Source: Octopus vulgaris
Lineage: Eukaryota
Assembly: GCA_951406725.2 (NCBI GenBank)
Contig: OX597815.1
Coordinates: 213,838,001 to 213,902,000, forward strand
Length of the DNA: 64,000 bases
Direction: 5' to 3'
The position numbers and the translations under genes are program-made. The notes under the pieces were generated by a model, which had not been told where the DNA came from, made no database searches, and worked only from the letters and a program-made list of their open reading frames with translations. Positions 50,701-64,000 of the stretch are shown here, piece after piece (the stretch's first letter is position 1; every line of letters begins with the position of its first letter).

Positions 50701-53424
50701 TATGTGAACTAAAGATCGAATGTGGGTGTATGGCAAGAGGTTGTTTGGTTAATCATTTACGATATGGTGTGAATTCTAATTGCTTCATCTTTTAAACCAC
50801 CCCTTAGCTAGCTGAGAGACATCTGCGACTATTTCGGTACAGGTATGTGAACAAGAAAGAAAAGCATACTAAAAGATCAAAATATAATGGATAAATATAA
50901 AGAATGCATGTATAAAAAGAATAAAAATGTGATTTATAATACCTACTTTATATGACCTACATTTGTACAAGATTGGAAATTTAAGGACAGCTGTACTGAA
51001 GTGGTACAACATTGAATAAATGTCTCATATATATCTTGATATCGCTAGTGATATCTTGATATCGCTAGTGATAACAATACGTATATATTCATATATATGT
51101 ACATGTGTACGTGTGCGCGTGTGTAGTGAATATTTCCTAGAAAGAGGAATGCGATGTCGATGGCGGGCAAGTGATGCGAACTCGCTCCTATGTATATTAT
51201 CGGCGACCGAATTAAGTGAATCTTTCTCAGACAATCAGCGATTAACATGTAATTATATCAGCAAAAATGCCTTAATTGTTGATGGCAGTCATTGACCCAT
51301 TACAGCAGCCGAAAGCTGTCACAGATATGCAGTGATACAACAGCATATAGCTAACGTTGGCATACAACAACCAGTGATCTTCAACAGCTAGTCACCTTGA
51401 TAAAACTCTTACAGCAAAACAGCCGTTTACAACTATACAGCCAACACAGCTTAAACCTTTCCATACTGGAAACAATAATTCCATTATTTTTCCAGCATAC
51501 TTTCATTGCATCACGTGTTAACTGGAATGTCATGCAATTATAAACACATTTTGTGCAGACGTGCCGTTTGCGTACTCACTTGTATGTCCATGTGTTAGTG
51601 CTATACTGATGTTAAATTTTGGCACAAAGTCAACAATTTCGGGAAGGGAGTAATTACATTGACTCCAGTGTTCAACTGGTACTTATTTTATCGATCACGA
51701 AATCATGAAAGGCACGGCTCGCCTCGGCGAAATTTAAACTCAGAGCGTAAAGATGGAGGAAATGTCGCAAAGCATTCTGCCCAGCAGGCTAACTATTCTC
51801 TCAGCTCGCCGCATTCCGTACTAGTTCTATATTAACATGCATTTAAGCACTTTCGAATATAACAGTCACACGCACACTCCGTCTTCTGTAAACTGTAACA
51901 TTCATTTGACTTGCTTCAGAACGTTCTTCCAAATTTAGAACATCTTGTTGCTAAAATTTAAGCTCTTTTATATAATCAATAATTTTGACTTGCTAATCAG
52001 ACTTGTGAAAGTCAAGCTAACTTTTTGTCAAATAGTTATTTTATAATTACTAAGTGTTCGTATTTTGGAGTGCATTAATTATAGAAAAATTTCAATGCTA
52101 TGGAAGCTGTTAGACAACGCTGGCGTGACCTGCACGCTCATGGCAGCAAAAATATGATCCTTGTGTGAGACGAGGAGAGGTAAATACTATTAACTTTTAC
52201 ACTAAAGCCTTTATAGCTGACTTGCATTATGACCCGTCGTTGCCGGGTCATAGTGCTGGTGCATGTATATGTGTACATATTACATGTACATCTATATATA
52301 TATACATCTACACATAAAATACAAAATACAAAGTTATATCTTGATATCGCTAGTGATAACAATACTCAAAATATATAACAGACTGGAATTGTAGGTCCGT
52401 GTCTTGCAATTTTGATCAATTGGATCTTGCCCTCCCTCTTGTATAGAAGTGTGGCTACAATGCAGCCTACCTCTACTTCCGGGGCGGGGGGCATTTTAAT
52501 TTTTATCCGGGACATCCTACGTCCCAGATATAAAGGTAAAAATAAAATATCTCTACATTGTATACTTTATAGACAATAGTCTTTTCTTTAATTTAATTTT
52601 TTATTTCATTTGGTGGTGTTATCCTAGATTCACCGTCTTTGTCGTTGATTAATCCGTATTTCTCCCATTTTAATTTCAATGAGTTCGCGCCCGCCGACGG
52701 CTGCAGCGAAATTCATTTTTGGACTTTCTTCTATCGAAGGCATTCTAACGAAAATGCTTCCGTGTAAACGGTGAAAATATTGTCAATTTCCCCAAACAGG
52801 GACACAATTCAATTTTGAAACAATAACCAAAGCTCCTTCTCCCAAAGGGGGAGGGTTACAGTTTACAATTATTTAACAAATGCGACACAACAATGTTTCC
52901 TTTACGAGGAACCAACAAACGTGATAACAATAGTTAAACAGTAATAATAACAACAACAAACCTTACGATGAGTCAGAAAGCAGTAAGCAGTTGAAGTCCT
53001 TTATGTATAAGAAATAAACCAACAGGAGCGGCTGTTCGAGAAAACAGATATTACATACAGCCAAATTTCATATAGATTAGCTAGCATTATGCTAGCTAAT
53101 TAGCAGATAATCTAATGTAAAAGCCGTGGTAAAAGGTATTGCACACCTCCATCTGGACTATTCCATTTCTTCGCGCTAATTTTATTTTTAATTTATTCCC
53201 ATTCATGTGAAACCACTTATTCAAGTTCAAATCATTGATGCAATTTTATACCAATTGCTATTTTTACTTTTGTTATGTTACGATTATATTATACTTTAGT
53301 TTGATTTTAATTATTACTTACTACATATAATTCAATTGTTATTATTATTTTTATTTTTAAAGTCAAAGCATCTGACATAAAATAGAGAAATGTTTTTGTT
53401 TCACTTTTAACACGTAATACTGAA

Positions 53425-53776
53425 GTAGTGGAGAAGATATGATATTGCTATGGGCTCGCTCTAGGCAAGAAGTTGTACATTTTGTTTTGCCAATGAAACT
53501 ACATGGATCCTAAGTAAGGCATGTGTAAAATTTGAATGAAATTGGTTGTGTAGTTCTCAAGTTTTAGGGAATCGTAGTGGAGAAAATATGATATTGCTAT
53601 GGGCTCGCTCTAGGCAAGAAGTTGTACATTTTTTTTTGCCCATGAAACTACATGGACCCTAAGTAAGGCATGTGTAAAATTTGAATGAAATTAGTTGTGC
53701 AGTTCTCAAGTTTTAGGGAAACACACAGACAGACAGACAGACAGACACACACATTCTCAGTTTTATATAGAAAGAT
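53425..53776 (-). mobile_element. Helitron/Helentron-type non-autonomous end with a 149-bp tandem duplication
   Basis: Units start at 53425 and 53574; minus 5' end ATCTTTCTATATAAAACTGAGAATGTGTG with (TCTG)n, similar in style to 29918. Confidence 0.6.
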
Positions 53777-54114
53777 AATTTGATGAATTAACCATTCTAG
53801 GAACTCTTTGGTGTAGCCATCAGAGTGGCCGTCCCGTATATGGCAGATACTTGGTTCAAATCTCGCGAGTGGTTCTGTTATGCTTTTCCCATCTTATGTA
53901 GTACGTGTTGAGTTTTCTATACACTCTCATATCCTTAATGTAATTCATAAGAGAATCAGCAAGGCTGGAGATTGTCCCGGAACCTGCGGAAATGTAACTC
54001 CTGAACTACTGTTGTGTCACGTTGGACGCAGGAAAGTAACACTGTCTTACCGGAATACGGAATTATCTCCAAATGCTTCGGTCACCATGGTAAAACATTA
54101 TTTCCAACTCTTTC

Positions 54115-54885
54115 ATTTTAAATTGCCGAATTGATCTTCGTCCCCTCTTTAATGAACACCAGTAGAGATTTTTCACCATCGGATGGCACTGTCGTTCAAA
54201 CTATCCCCCCGGCGGGTTTCATTCGGCGAAACACCATATAGACACCTTCGGGAACAGCATCCGATCTCGTAGTCAAAATCCTGTCATTTTGGGTGTTCGC
54301 TGCAGCGTCCACAGTGAATATGAAGATGAAGACATTGTCACTGGTGCTCTGAATCTCCTCCGCCACTTCCTTTCATCTGTCCAGTTGCTTTGCTTTGGAA
54401 GCGGCCGAAATTAGGTGTCGTTGCAATTTTAATGACTTACAATTTAAGTCTTCATGCATGACCCGTTGCATCTTTGTCTGAGAATTTTAGCTATTTGCTC
54501 ATGCATCGTCGTGGATTTCGTGACATTCTCTTTCGGACGATATCCACCAATTGGTTCATCCTTATGAATCGTTTTCGGCAAGGATTGAACTTGCTGTCGA
54601 TTGAACTTGTCTCATTGTAGCGTTTCGTGATACTATGGACAGTTTTGGGATCAACGCTAACCAATGAAGCCACGTCTTTAGTGCTATATCCTGCTTTATT
54701 CAGAGCTACAATCCCACTTTGCCTCTTGAAAAGTTTTACGAGCCGAATGTAAACAAACAATGGAACAAATACATGAACAAATAAATGTCAAAGAGAGCAT
54801 TTCAATTATTCTTGTGCAATTTCAAATTAAATTTGATAAAATAAACTTATTTAAATAATCAGGAATTCTTTACGGCGCACGTCAT
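54115..54885 (-). mobile_element. Tc1/mariner (maT/DD37D-like) transposase pseudogene
   Basis: IVALNKAGYSTKDVA...KRYNETSSID...RMSRNPRRCM; downstream FTVDAAANTQNDRI and KSLLVFIKEGTKIN. Confidence 0.8.
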
Positions 54886-55456
54886 ATTATACACATTATG
54901 TATGTATGTATGTATGTATGCATGTATGTATGTATGTATGTATGTATGTATGTATGTATGTATGTATGTGTGTATGTGTGTATGTATGTATGTATGTGTG
55001 TGTATGTATGTATGTATGTATGCATGCATGTATGTATGTATGCATGTATATATGTATGTAGTATGTGTGTGTATGCGGTGGAAGTGAATGCATATCTCCT
55101 ATTTATTTCTCTCTCTCTCCATATGTATATATAATATACATACACACACACACTCACACACACACACACACACACACACAAACACGCACGCACGCACGCA
55201 CGCACGCATACACACACACACACGAGCGCGAGCGCGCAGCGGACTTCCAAGTTTCCGTCTATCAAATCCATTCGCAAGGCTTTGATTGGATCGGAGCTAC
55301 AGTAGAAAGGACTTACCCAAGGTGCCACGCAGTAGGACTGAACCCAAACCCAAATACATGAATATATATATTTTTTTAATGAGATGCGTCCTACATCTTA
55401 GCAGAGTCATTAACGACATATTTGGAGATTGAATACTTTCAAGAAATGAAACCATC

Positions 55457-55473
55457 CTAGTAGTAGTAGCAGC

Positions 55474-55541
<68 letters not shown>

Positions 55542-55776
55542 CAGTAGTAGTGGTGGTAACAACAGCAGCAGCAACAGCAGCAGCAGCAGTATTAGTAGTA
55601 GTAGTAATAGTGATGTTGTTAGTAGTGGTGAAGATAGTATTAGTGATAGTGATAGTAGTAGTAGTGGTGGCGATGATGGTGGTAGTAGTAGTAGTAGTAT
55701 TAGTTGTAGTGGTGATGGTAGTATTGGTGGTAGTAATACTGATAGTAGCAGTGGTGGTGGTAGTAGAAGTAGTGGT

Positions 55777-55833
<57 letters not shown>

Positions 55834-55850
55834 TCAGCAGCAGCAGTAGC

Positions 55851-55887
<37 letters not shown>

Positions 55888-55960
55888 ATGGTGGGGCTGA
55901 GGTATTGGTTCAGCAGTAGTGGTACTTGTACTGGTGGTGCCGGTGGTGGTAGGGGTCGTA
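55457..55960. repeat. Compound (TAG)n/(TGG)n/(CAG)n array
   Basis: Direct inspection. Confidence 0.95.
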
Positions 55961-56379
55961 GCATAATCACAAGTGAGCCCTCATCGAGCATTCATATGAT
56001 TAAAGGATTAAATCATTTAATGTCCCGTTTCTTTTCTAAGACGTAAGAGACGGACTAATTAATTAACAACACAGTAATTAAGAAGTATGCAATATGGCGA
56101 CTTAAATCCAAAATGATAGGAAGAAATGAAAAAATAGTATTTTTTAAACTTTAGATTTTAAAAAATTATAATTCAATAAAAATTATGTACGAATTTAGAA
56201 TCAAGAAGATTAGCCCCAGATGATAATGCGCTTAATCCGGCGCCTCTTTTATACCACCGCCCGGTACTTCAGCTTTTAGTAAAGTTCACTCTATCGCAAG
56301 TATACGAACCAAATCTCCGGTTTGACGATACCTTCCCCCCTCCGTCCCACAAGCCTCGGAGGATTTTGAGCAATGCCTT

Positions 56380-57243
56380 CTCGCCAAAGTACAAAAAAGA
56401 CACGACAAAGCATTACGCAACAAGGGACAACCCAATTAATTCCCTGTAGTCAGAACAGAAGTTGCTGGAAAATAGGTGGGGTTGTCTGAAGAAAGTAACA
56501 TTGACAAACAGAAACTATGAGCACTATACTGGCAGTGCAAGACCGAGCTGTAGCCACGAATTGGAGGGCTAACTTTAGGAACGAACAAGTGCCACTGCTG
56601 TGCCGCATCTGTGATAGAGTGGATGAAACCATTACCCATATCACGAACGAATGCCCTAGACTTACCCCAAACCACTACAAGTTATGGCGAGACGATAAGG
56701 TAGCAAAAGTGTTACAATGGAAACTGCGAAAAGTGGGGCTAGAAGGAGGTAATATGTAGTATGAAAGAAACCGCAGAGATTGGTGGAGTCGGAGACTTGC
56801 ACAATCGTCTTGGATTTCCCAATCCAAACAGGTCAGGTGCTACAGCATAACAGATTGGACCTTGTGGTGGTCGGCAAGGTGCACCACACGTGCCCCTTTG
56901 ATCCACGAATAGTCGAGAAGGAAGGCGAAAAAATAGATAAATACAACCCCTTTAAGTACGAAATAGCCCGGCTATGGAAAATGAAGAAGGTGAAGATAGT
57001 GCCAATTATTGTTGAGTCTTTGGGGACAGTATCAGAAAGCACCAAGAGGAATATAAAGGAAATCGGAATAGAGTGTCCAGTAGAACTGTTGCAAGAGGTT
57101 TGCCTCCTTGGCACGGCCAGAATCATCAAGAAAGTATTAGACGATTGAACAGAACAGATAGCATGCTATCGTAGGCTACAGGCAGCAATCCCGCTACACA
57201 TGGCAAGACCCCAGGAGATACAACAAAACCTGAGATAAAAAGA

Positions 57244-57245
<2 letters not shown>
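56380..57245 (+). mobile_element. R4/Dong-like LINE 3' fragment ending in (TAA)n
   Basis: CRICDRVDETITHITNEC (CCHC), DFPIQT..LQHNRLDLVV, EKIDKY..EIARLWKMKKVKIVPIIVESLG..LLGTARIIKKVL (RLE); followed by (AAT)n. Confidence 0.9.
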
Positions 57246-57296
<51 letters not shown>

Positions 57297-57297
<1 letters not shown>

Positions 57298-57505
57298 CCT
57301 ACTATAGGCATAAGGCCTGCAATTTGGGGGAATGGGTAAGTGGATTTCATCGACCTCAGTGCTCAACTGCTACTTATTTCATCGATTCCGAAAGGATGAA
57401 AGGTAATGGCGACCTCGGCGGAATTTGAAATCAGAACGTAAAGACGGCGAAATACCTCTAAGCGTTTTGCCCGGCGTCCTAACGATTCTGCCGGCACGCC
57501 GCCTT
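57297..57505 (-). mobile_element. SINE B whose ATT tail is shared with the Dong tail array
   Basis: Reverse family motifs begin directly after the AAT array. Confidence 0.85.
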
Positions 57506-59006
57506 GATAAAAAAAAAAAAAGACAGAAAAAAGAGGAAATAAAAAAGAATATTGAATCAAACAGTTTTGTGTAAATCTGATGATATTTTCCTGTCATTTT
57601 ATTCACTCCTCGAGGGCTGATGTTAATAACCGGCAAATATATTTCTCCTCATGCATTTTGATCACAAGCCGAAATATACTCACTTTTGTCCATAATTACG
57701 ATAGTCCCCTTCCTTATCTGTCATTTTAATAACAATAGAATCGTTATTAGCCAGACGTGAGGTTCTAGTTGATCCGATCAATGGAAACAGCCTGCTCATG
57801 AAATTAACGTGTAAATGGCGGAACACTCCACAGACTAGCGTAGGTCTCAGTGAGATTCAGGGTGACACAGAATGTGACAAGGTTGGCCATTTGAAATACA
57901 GGTATTACTCATTGTTGTCAGCTGAGTAGACTGGAGTAACGCAAAATGAAGTGTTTTGCTCAAGGGAATAATGCGCCGCCGCCAGCTATCGAACTCACGA
58001 CCTCACCATCGTGGGCCGAATACACTATCCACTTAGCCACGTACCTTCACCCAGGAACATTTGCTGTAATGCGAGATTTAGAGGAGATGTCTTGGTTATT
58101 TTAAGCAAGTTGCACAACTCCATACCGCTTCCCACGGTCTGCGATAGCAAGTAGTCAGTCATAGCTACAGAGAGAGGTTGAGTCCTTTAACTATAAACAT
58201 ATCGCAAACAAGGTAGACGCAAAAGGAAACAACCAACTCTTCAACCTTGGTACTTTCCATTGTAAACAAACTTTGTGAATGCGTTTTCTTTCCAATCATT
58301 TTGTTGAGAACACATAAACAGATAAATAAACAAACAAGCAAACAAACCACAGCTGGCTTAAATAGCCATATGAAACCTTCCTTTCATTCACTGATTCTGT
58401 TTTGTAAAACATTGATTTCTTTTAATGCTCATCACTTCTGCTTTGATTTACAAAGTTGTATTTTGTGGCGAGAAGAGTTGTATCCTGCAAAGGTAAACCA
58501 GAAATAAACTTCCGGTCAGCGGATCCTACAATGCTGGAAATATTTGATTTGATTTTATTTGACTTACGTCGTTAATACTTCTGTAAAAAGAACAGGTGTC
58601 ACGACATCCATGAAATACAACATGGTTACTGTCTTTGATTGTCGTCTTCTCGATCGGGATTTACCTAAGGTCACAATGTGACATAATAACATGTCTAAGC
58701 CAGGAAAAAATCTTATAGCTGTGGAACTAAGAAATTCGCTTTGCAAACACGTCGTTCTAGGTTCGATACTGCAGTGTGGCTCCTTGGACAAATTAATTCT
58801 AACGAAGCTTCGAGTCTGCAGAAAGCCTCGGGCCAACCAACCATATAGTTGACCAAAGGTTTTGAGAGGTAAATTTGGTAGGTAGAAACTCTGAGTAAAG
58901 AAATCACAAGAAAAACAAACAAACAAGGCACCAGAGAGAAAAAAATCAAATAGCGAACTCCCAGAAAAATTCCATACCCGTTCAATAGTTTCTTTAAACA
59001 AATATG

Positions 59007-59062
59007 CCATCCATCTAAACCATCCATCTAAACCATCCATCTAAACCATCCATCTAAACCAT
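59007..59062. repeat. 13-bp minisatellite CCATCCATCTAAA, about four copies
   Basis: Direct inspection. Confidence 0.85.
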
Positions 59063-59767
59063 TATCAGCTCTAGTAACGCCCCTGATATAGCCACGAAGC
59101 AACTGTATCCGAGGGTTAGATGATCCCTGTCCATGCCACCTACCATGTCTCTAGTCTTTGGCACGTTAGAATCTCCGAACATTCGCCCTCGACGACGGCC
59201 CAGACAACAATCCAGAGAATCCAAATCAAGAGAGCCAGGAGGCAACGGTCACGTGGTCATGCGGTTCATACGAGATTTTCTAGAGGTGAAGTGACGTCAC
59301 CTCATCACATGGCTTATACCTAATCCTCTCGTGCACTATATATCTAAGAGTGAACTTAGTCACTTTGATGTACTAGGGGACGATATTAATCGATTCATTG
59401 GCGGTTGTCTACAATGATGTCTTAGAACAGCTGGGCGAACTTGGTCGACCTCAAGACCTCTAACCATTTAGAATCTATCTTTCTCTTAATTGCAGATGAT
59501 TCATACAGCTACTTTAAAGACGCTTTTAATTTTAGAGTCGCTGTGGTTAGAAACTGAAGGCACAAAAACGGTTTACTTTTCGATGCGCTGAAAGAAAACG
59601 TGAAAGTCAAAATTTGGTACAAGCCACGTGACATTACCTTAGATTGTCTTGCATTTATGTCTCCATTTAAGATTATTCACAAACCTGTATGTGTGTGTGT
59701 ATGTGTATACATACAAACATATATGTATGTATGTTTGTACGTATATATATATATATATATATATATA

Positions 59768-60215
59768 TGAGGGGGTACCCAAAAGGAATTGGAATTTCGA
59801 AATATTATTTTTTTTTACTTAGTTTTGAATGTTTACACTTTTACCACCTTCAAAGTATTCCCCATTTGAAGCAATGCACCAGTCCAGGTGCGTTTTCCAC
59901 GATTGGAATCAGTGTTGGAACTCTTGCGAAGTAATGCCTTTTAATGCCTCCGTCTTCTTTTTCTTCCCCTCTTCCACATCTGCAAATCCCGTAGCACCTT
60001 CGTTCATCACCAGTGATGACCCTCGTAAAAAGTTCCGGATCAACTTCCAGCTGTTCTTTCAGTTCACAACAAGCATTCACTTGTGACTACTTTTGATCTT
60101 CCGTGAGCAAGCGAGGCACAGATTTGGCTGCGACTCTTTTCATTCGCTATTCCTCGCTCAAAATTCGTTGGCAGGAGTTCCAGCACACACTAATCATATC
60201 AACATATTCGTCAAC
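59768..60215 (-). mobile_element. Internally deleted mariner fragment
   Basis: CELKEQLEVDPELFTRVITGDE joined to FADVEE...CIASNGEYFEG; remnant TIR at 59768. Confidence 0.85.
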
Positions 60216-60219
60216 TATA

Positions 60220-61454
60220 TTAGGTCGTCAAGTATGAAATTTGTAGAAAACAAAAAAAAAATGTTTGTTAATGTTTTATAAATACAAGGAATAGTTTTAT
60301 TCATCAAAATATGCACCCATATTGTCAATACACTTTTGCCATTTTATTGGTAGCTTGTTCAACCCAGAACTGAAAGAGCCTGGCAATCTAGAGTCAATAA
60401 AATCTTGGAAGGCCTGTTTTACAGCATCGTCGGAATTAAATTTCTTCCTATCAAAAAGTTAACCAAATTCTGGAAGAAGTGGTAATCAGTGGGGGTAAGA
60501 TCAGGTGAGTATGGTGGATGTAGTTTCGCCTATGTCCTTTTTGCGATACGTGGTCTAGCGTTGTCTTGCAATAAAATAGGAGGGGATCTGTTGACTAATC
60601 TAGGCTGTTTTGTTTTTATAAGTTTCTGCATCATTTGGGCCAGGTGGCTGCAGTATACTTCGGCCGTGACTGATGATCCAAGATTGATAAAATCATAATG
60701 GATCACACCTGCGCCAGACCACCAAACACACACCATCAGCTTCTTTTGTTGAATTTTGCTTTTTGGACTGTGTTTTGGTGGCTCGTCTTTATCCAACCAT
60801 TGTGCTGAACCATTTCTCATCACATGTTACAATTTGATTAAAAAATGATTCATTTTTGTGACGAGAAAGCAGCATAATGCAAGCTTCCAAACGTTGCTGT
60901 TTCTGATTTTCATTGAGTTCATGAGGAACCCCCACTTATCCAACTTTTTCACATAACCCATTTGAACTAGGTGAGTCAATATTGTTTGCTTGCTAACAAC
61001 AAACAACAACGATAATTCATGGGCACTTTGAGATAGATCTAACTCAACGGTGGCTTTCAGTTCGTCATTATCCACCTTTGTTTCTGGTCGACCGGATTGC
61101 TCATTTGTAAGGTCAAAGTTACCAGAACAAAATTTTGCAAACCAATTTGATACTATCTGCTGTATCAAATTAGAATGAAATACTCCATTAATATTCCGAG
61201 TTGTCTGTGATGCTATAAGAGAGAACTCATATTTCAAAACTGTACGAATTTCCGAGGTATTCACCTCTAAACAAAAACAGCAAAAAACGATTTATAAATA
61301 CTTTATAAAGTGCAAAATGAGTTAGAATAACGAAATAGATGTGTCAGCTTTCTAACAAAAAATAAAGATTGTCAAAATATAATAATGGCGCAATATGGAC
61401 AGCTGTCAAAATTTACCATATACCTTACTACAAATTTCGTACTTGACGACCTAA
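60220..61454 (-). mobile_element. Near full-length (1235 bp) defective mariner
   Basis: TIRs TTAGGTCGTCAAGTATGAAATTTGTAG / CTACAAATTTCGTACTTGACGACCTAA, TA TSD; motifs SGRP, VTCDEKW, LQDNARP, HPPYSPDL, YHFF; frameshifted. Confidence 0.95.
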
Positions 61455-61510
61455 TATATTTACGCAAGCATGTATACACACAGACACAACACACAGACAC
61501 AACACACACA

Positions 61511-61569
<59 letters not shown>

Positions 61570-63289
61570 ACACACATACACGCACACACGCACACATACA
61601 TTTTGAAATTTTAATTGCAAGGTATTCTTTTTTTCCCTCAAACCTACAATTTAGCCTCGTTGTGAAAAGTAAACATAGGATCACACAAGATTATGTTTTG
61701 TAAGTAGTTAGACCCGCAACAGAAAAAGATTAGCCTACTTCTGATCTCAAAGAGTTCAGTTGCATGTAGCTTTATATTGCTATATGCTATAATATGCTAT
61801 ACAAGCAAGACAATGAATCAGGTCTGTCTAATTTGATTAACAGTACATGCGCTAACAGCGTGAATTAATAGTACACAGCGTTTTGAAAGATGTTAATTAT
61901 ATCATTTTTATAATCGTACAATTTATCCTAGCTGAAGGTTTAACTTGCTTGGGAAAAGTAAAATAAGTGGTTATACATCGTATTTTGTCTCTCTGTTCAT
62001 GACTAGGTTAAATTTGTTTGTTAAAAACGCTTATTTCACATTGCAACTTAGCCACAAAATAATGTATGGTGTACTAGTAGCACACACATACACACACTTA
62101 TACAGACATACACACACATACACGCACACACACAGAGACCTGTACATGCAGCACGCGCTCATAAATATGTGTCCATGTCAGGTGGTAAAAATCGGTGCGT
62201 TCAACTAAAATGCCTTGTAGTATTTCGTTCTGGGTCAGTGGACTCTCCTTACGTTCAGTCGAGTTTTTGTCTCTTATGAAGTAAAAGCAAATGCATTCTT
62301 ATCGGTGTCAGTGGCTTAAGAACCTTCCATGAATGTGCTCCAGTATGGCTGTACTCTAATGAAAGAAACCAGTGACAGAATAAAATAAAGATGATTGTTA
62401 GGGGTTTGTTTCTACTTTCATTTAATAACAGCAGAAGGTTTACATTATGCATCTCTACGTGCTTCTAGTTTAGCCAAGAAGAGCCGAGAGTTTGCTACGA
62501 ATCGCGTGTTTTTCAGCATTCAACGAAATACAACGAAATATTTAGACGCTTTACTCACAACATTTACCAGTCTGTACTACAGTTTTCATTCATTTCTTTA
62601 ATTTATGTGTTATTTTATTTGTGATTGAATTAAATAAAAGTAGAGTACAGTCAACATATATGTTTGTGAAACAATCAATTTGACTAGTAACGGTACTGAT
62701 GCCAGAAAAGTTGGAATATGAAGACTGATGATAACCTGATTAATAATTTGTATTGGAGTGTTAAAAACATTACATAGATATGAAAAGTAAACATATCATA
62801 TTTATAGACTCGAAGATAAGGATAAAATGCTTGTGCAGAATTAGTGTTACACGAACGTCGTGCTGGCCAGTCGTAACAATATGCTATTCATCATTTGCAA
62901 GTCTCCGCTTAGCAAACAACCGTATTTGTTAACATTTGTGTATTCTTAGCTTTTCTCTTTAATAAACGAGTAATACTTGATTCAAGACTGTTTCACGATT
63001 ATATTTAGGAAGTTGAGCAAGTTTATTCATACTGTTTCATACAAGGAAACAAAAGTAACTCTAAAATTAAATATTAATTATAAATTTTAAAATTCCAGTG
63101 CAGTTAGCAAAACTGTGGAAGTAGAGGACTGAATATGTTACAAGATTTGACCTTGTTCTTAAACAGTTCGCACTTCTACATTATAAGTAGCTTAAATATT
63201 GCCGAAGTTGGTTTTGTTTTTATACACCATAGGTTGTCGAAATAATGACAAGTTATAATCATAAACAGTCCGTCGATAGTCAACGGTGA

Positions 63290-64000
63290 CAGACCATATG
63301 AAGCACCATGACTATCAGAAGGGAATCCATCTCCAACACTGTTTTTTCTGTTCCCAGCTGTTGTAGCCCGGGGGTGAGTATCATCGTTCAGTCTCTTCAA
63401 GCTGCGTTTATCTACATCTTTGTATCTCAGTTGGGGGCGGGGTCTGTCCTTATTTCTCATACCACTAGACAACTGTGGATAGAGTATTTATCTTTTAGTA
63501 ACCGAGTTTCCTCCGTTCATGAGCCATGTCCAAGCCAGCAGAGATTTTGTTCGTTACATAGAGTCAGGGCTTGGCTGATAAAGAACTTCATTCTTTCGGA
63601 TAATAATCTTCAAATCGAACTTTACTACTGCACTGTCGAATGCATTCACCACGTTCTGCATATCTCCAATGATATAAAAGAGCATAATTAACAGTAATTC
63701 TGTTGCCGAAGCCTTACCTCCGTGATGCGTCATCTAAAATAAATTAGCTCCAGATCTTGTCACTATGTAAACGCTTTCAGTTGAGGAGCAGACAGATGCT
63801 TTGGACATCACTGGTAAACACATGGAGAATAACATTTGTAACAGCGGGTAGCCCTGTTGAATTCCACAGTAACATCAACCTGTGTGCAGATCTGAATTTC
63901 ACTTGTGTAACTTGAGCTTTCGTGCTGGTGCCCAAAGACTCCATCGTACGCGAGGATGTTTCTGGAGATCTGAACTTTCTGAGAACATGCTACGTGACCG
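63290..64000 (-). mobile_element. Decayed RTE (BovB-like) LINE fragment
   Basis: GIQQGYPLLQMLFS, CWLGH and RPQLRYKDVDKRSLK motifs in order. Confidence 0.7.

Noticed and set aside
60275-61264. Active mariner transposase gene
   Set aside because: Frameshifts and a deletion split the ORF.

Overview
AT-rich, microsatellite-dense animal genomic DNA made almost entirely of transposable elements. The repeat landscape (abundant tRNA-derived SINEs; TA/CA/TATC/AAT arrays; mariner, RTE, CR1, Tx1 and R4/Dong relics) resembles octopus/cephalopod DNA; this is an inference, not a database result. Nearly all listed ORFs are microsatellite translations. No intact known gene is present; the only host-gene candidate is a minus-strand unit (putative exon ending at a GTAAGT donor at 20490, acceptor at 11620, and a 73-aa Cys-rich ORF at 11240-11019). 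Main signals: (1) several unrelated Penelope-type elements carrying minimal type-I hammerhead ribozyme folds, with C3:G8, G3:C8 and U3:A8 core pairs, plus a tRNA-headed SINE fused to a hammerhead core; (2) a modular SINE whose ~185-bp unit ends in a Tx1-LINE-like tail and forms dimers/trimers with a fixed junction; (3) retroelements that appear to target microsatellites: Tx1 in (TATC)n, and R4/Dong plus a 555-bp non-coding element in (TAA)n, some arrays being SINE tails; (4) a CR1 fragment at the centre of a 132-bp-arm palindrome; (5) a GG-ended MITE with an 8-bp TSD carrying (TTAGGG)5. SINE family labels A-D and element E are my own working names. Coordinates were read by eye; boundaries of decayed elements are approximate.
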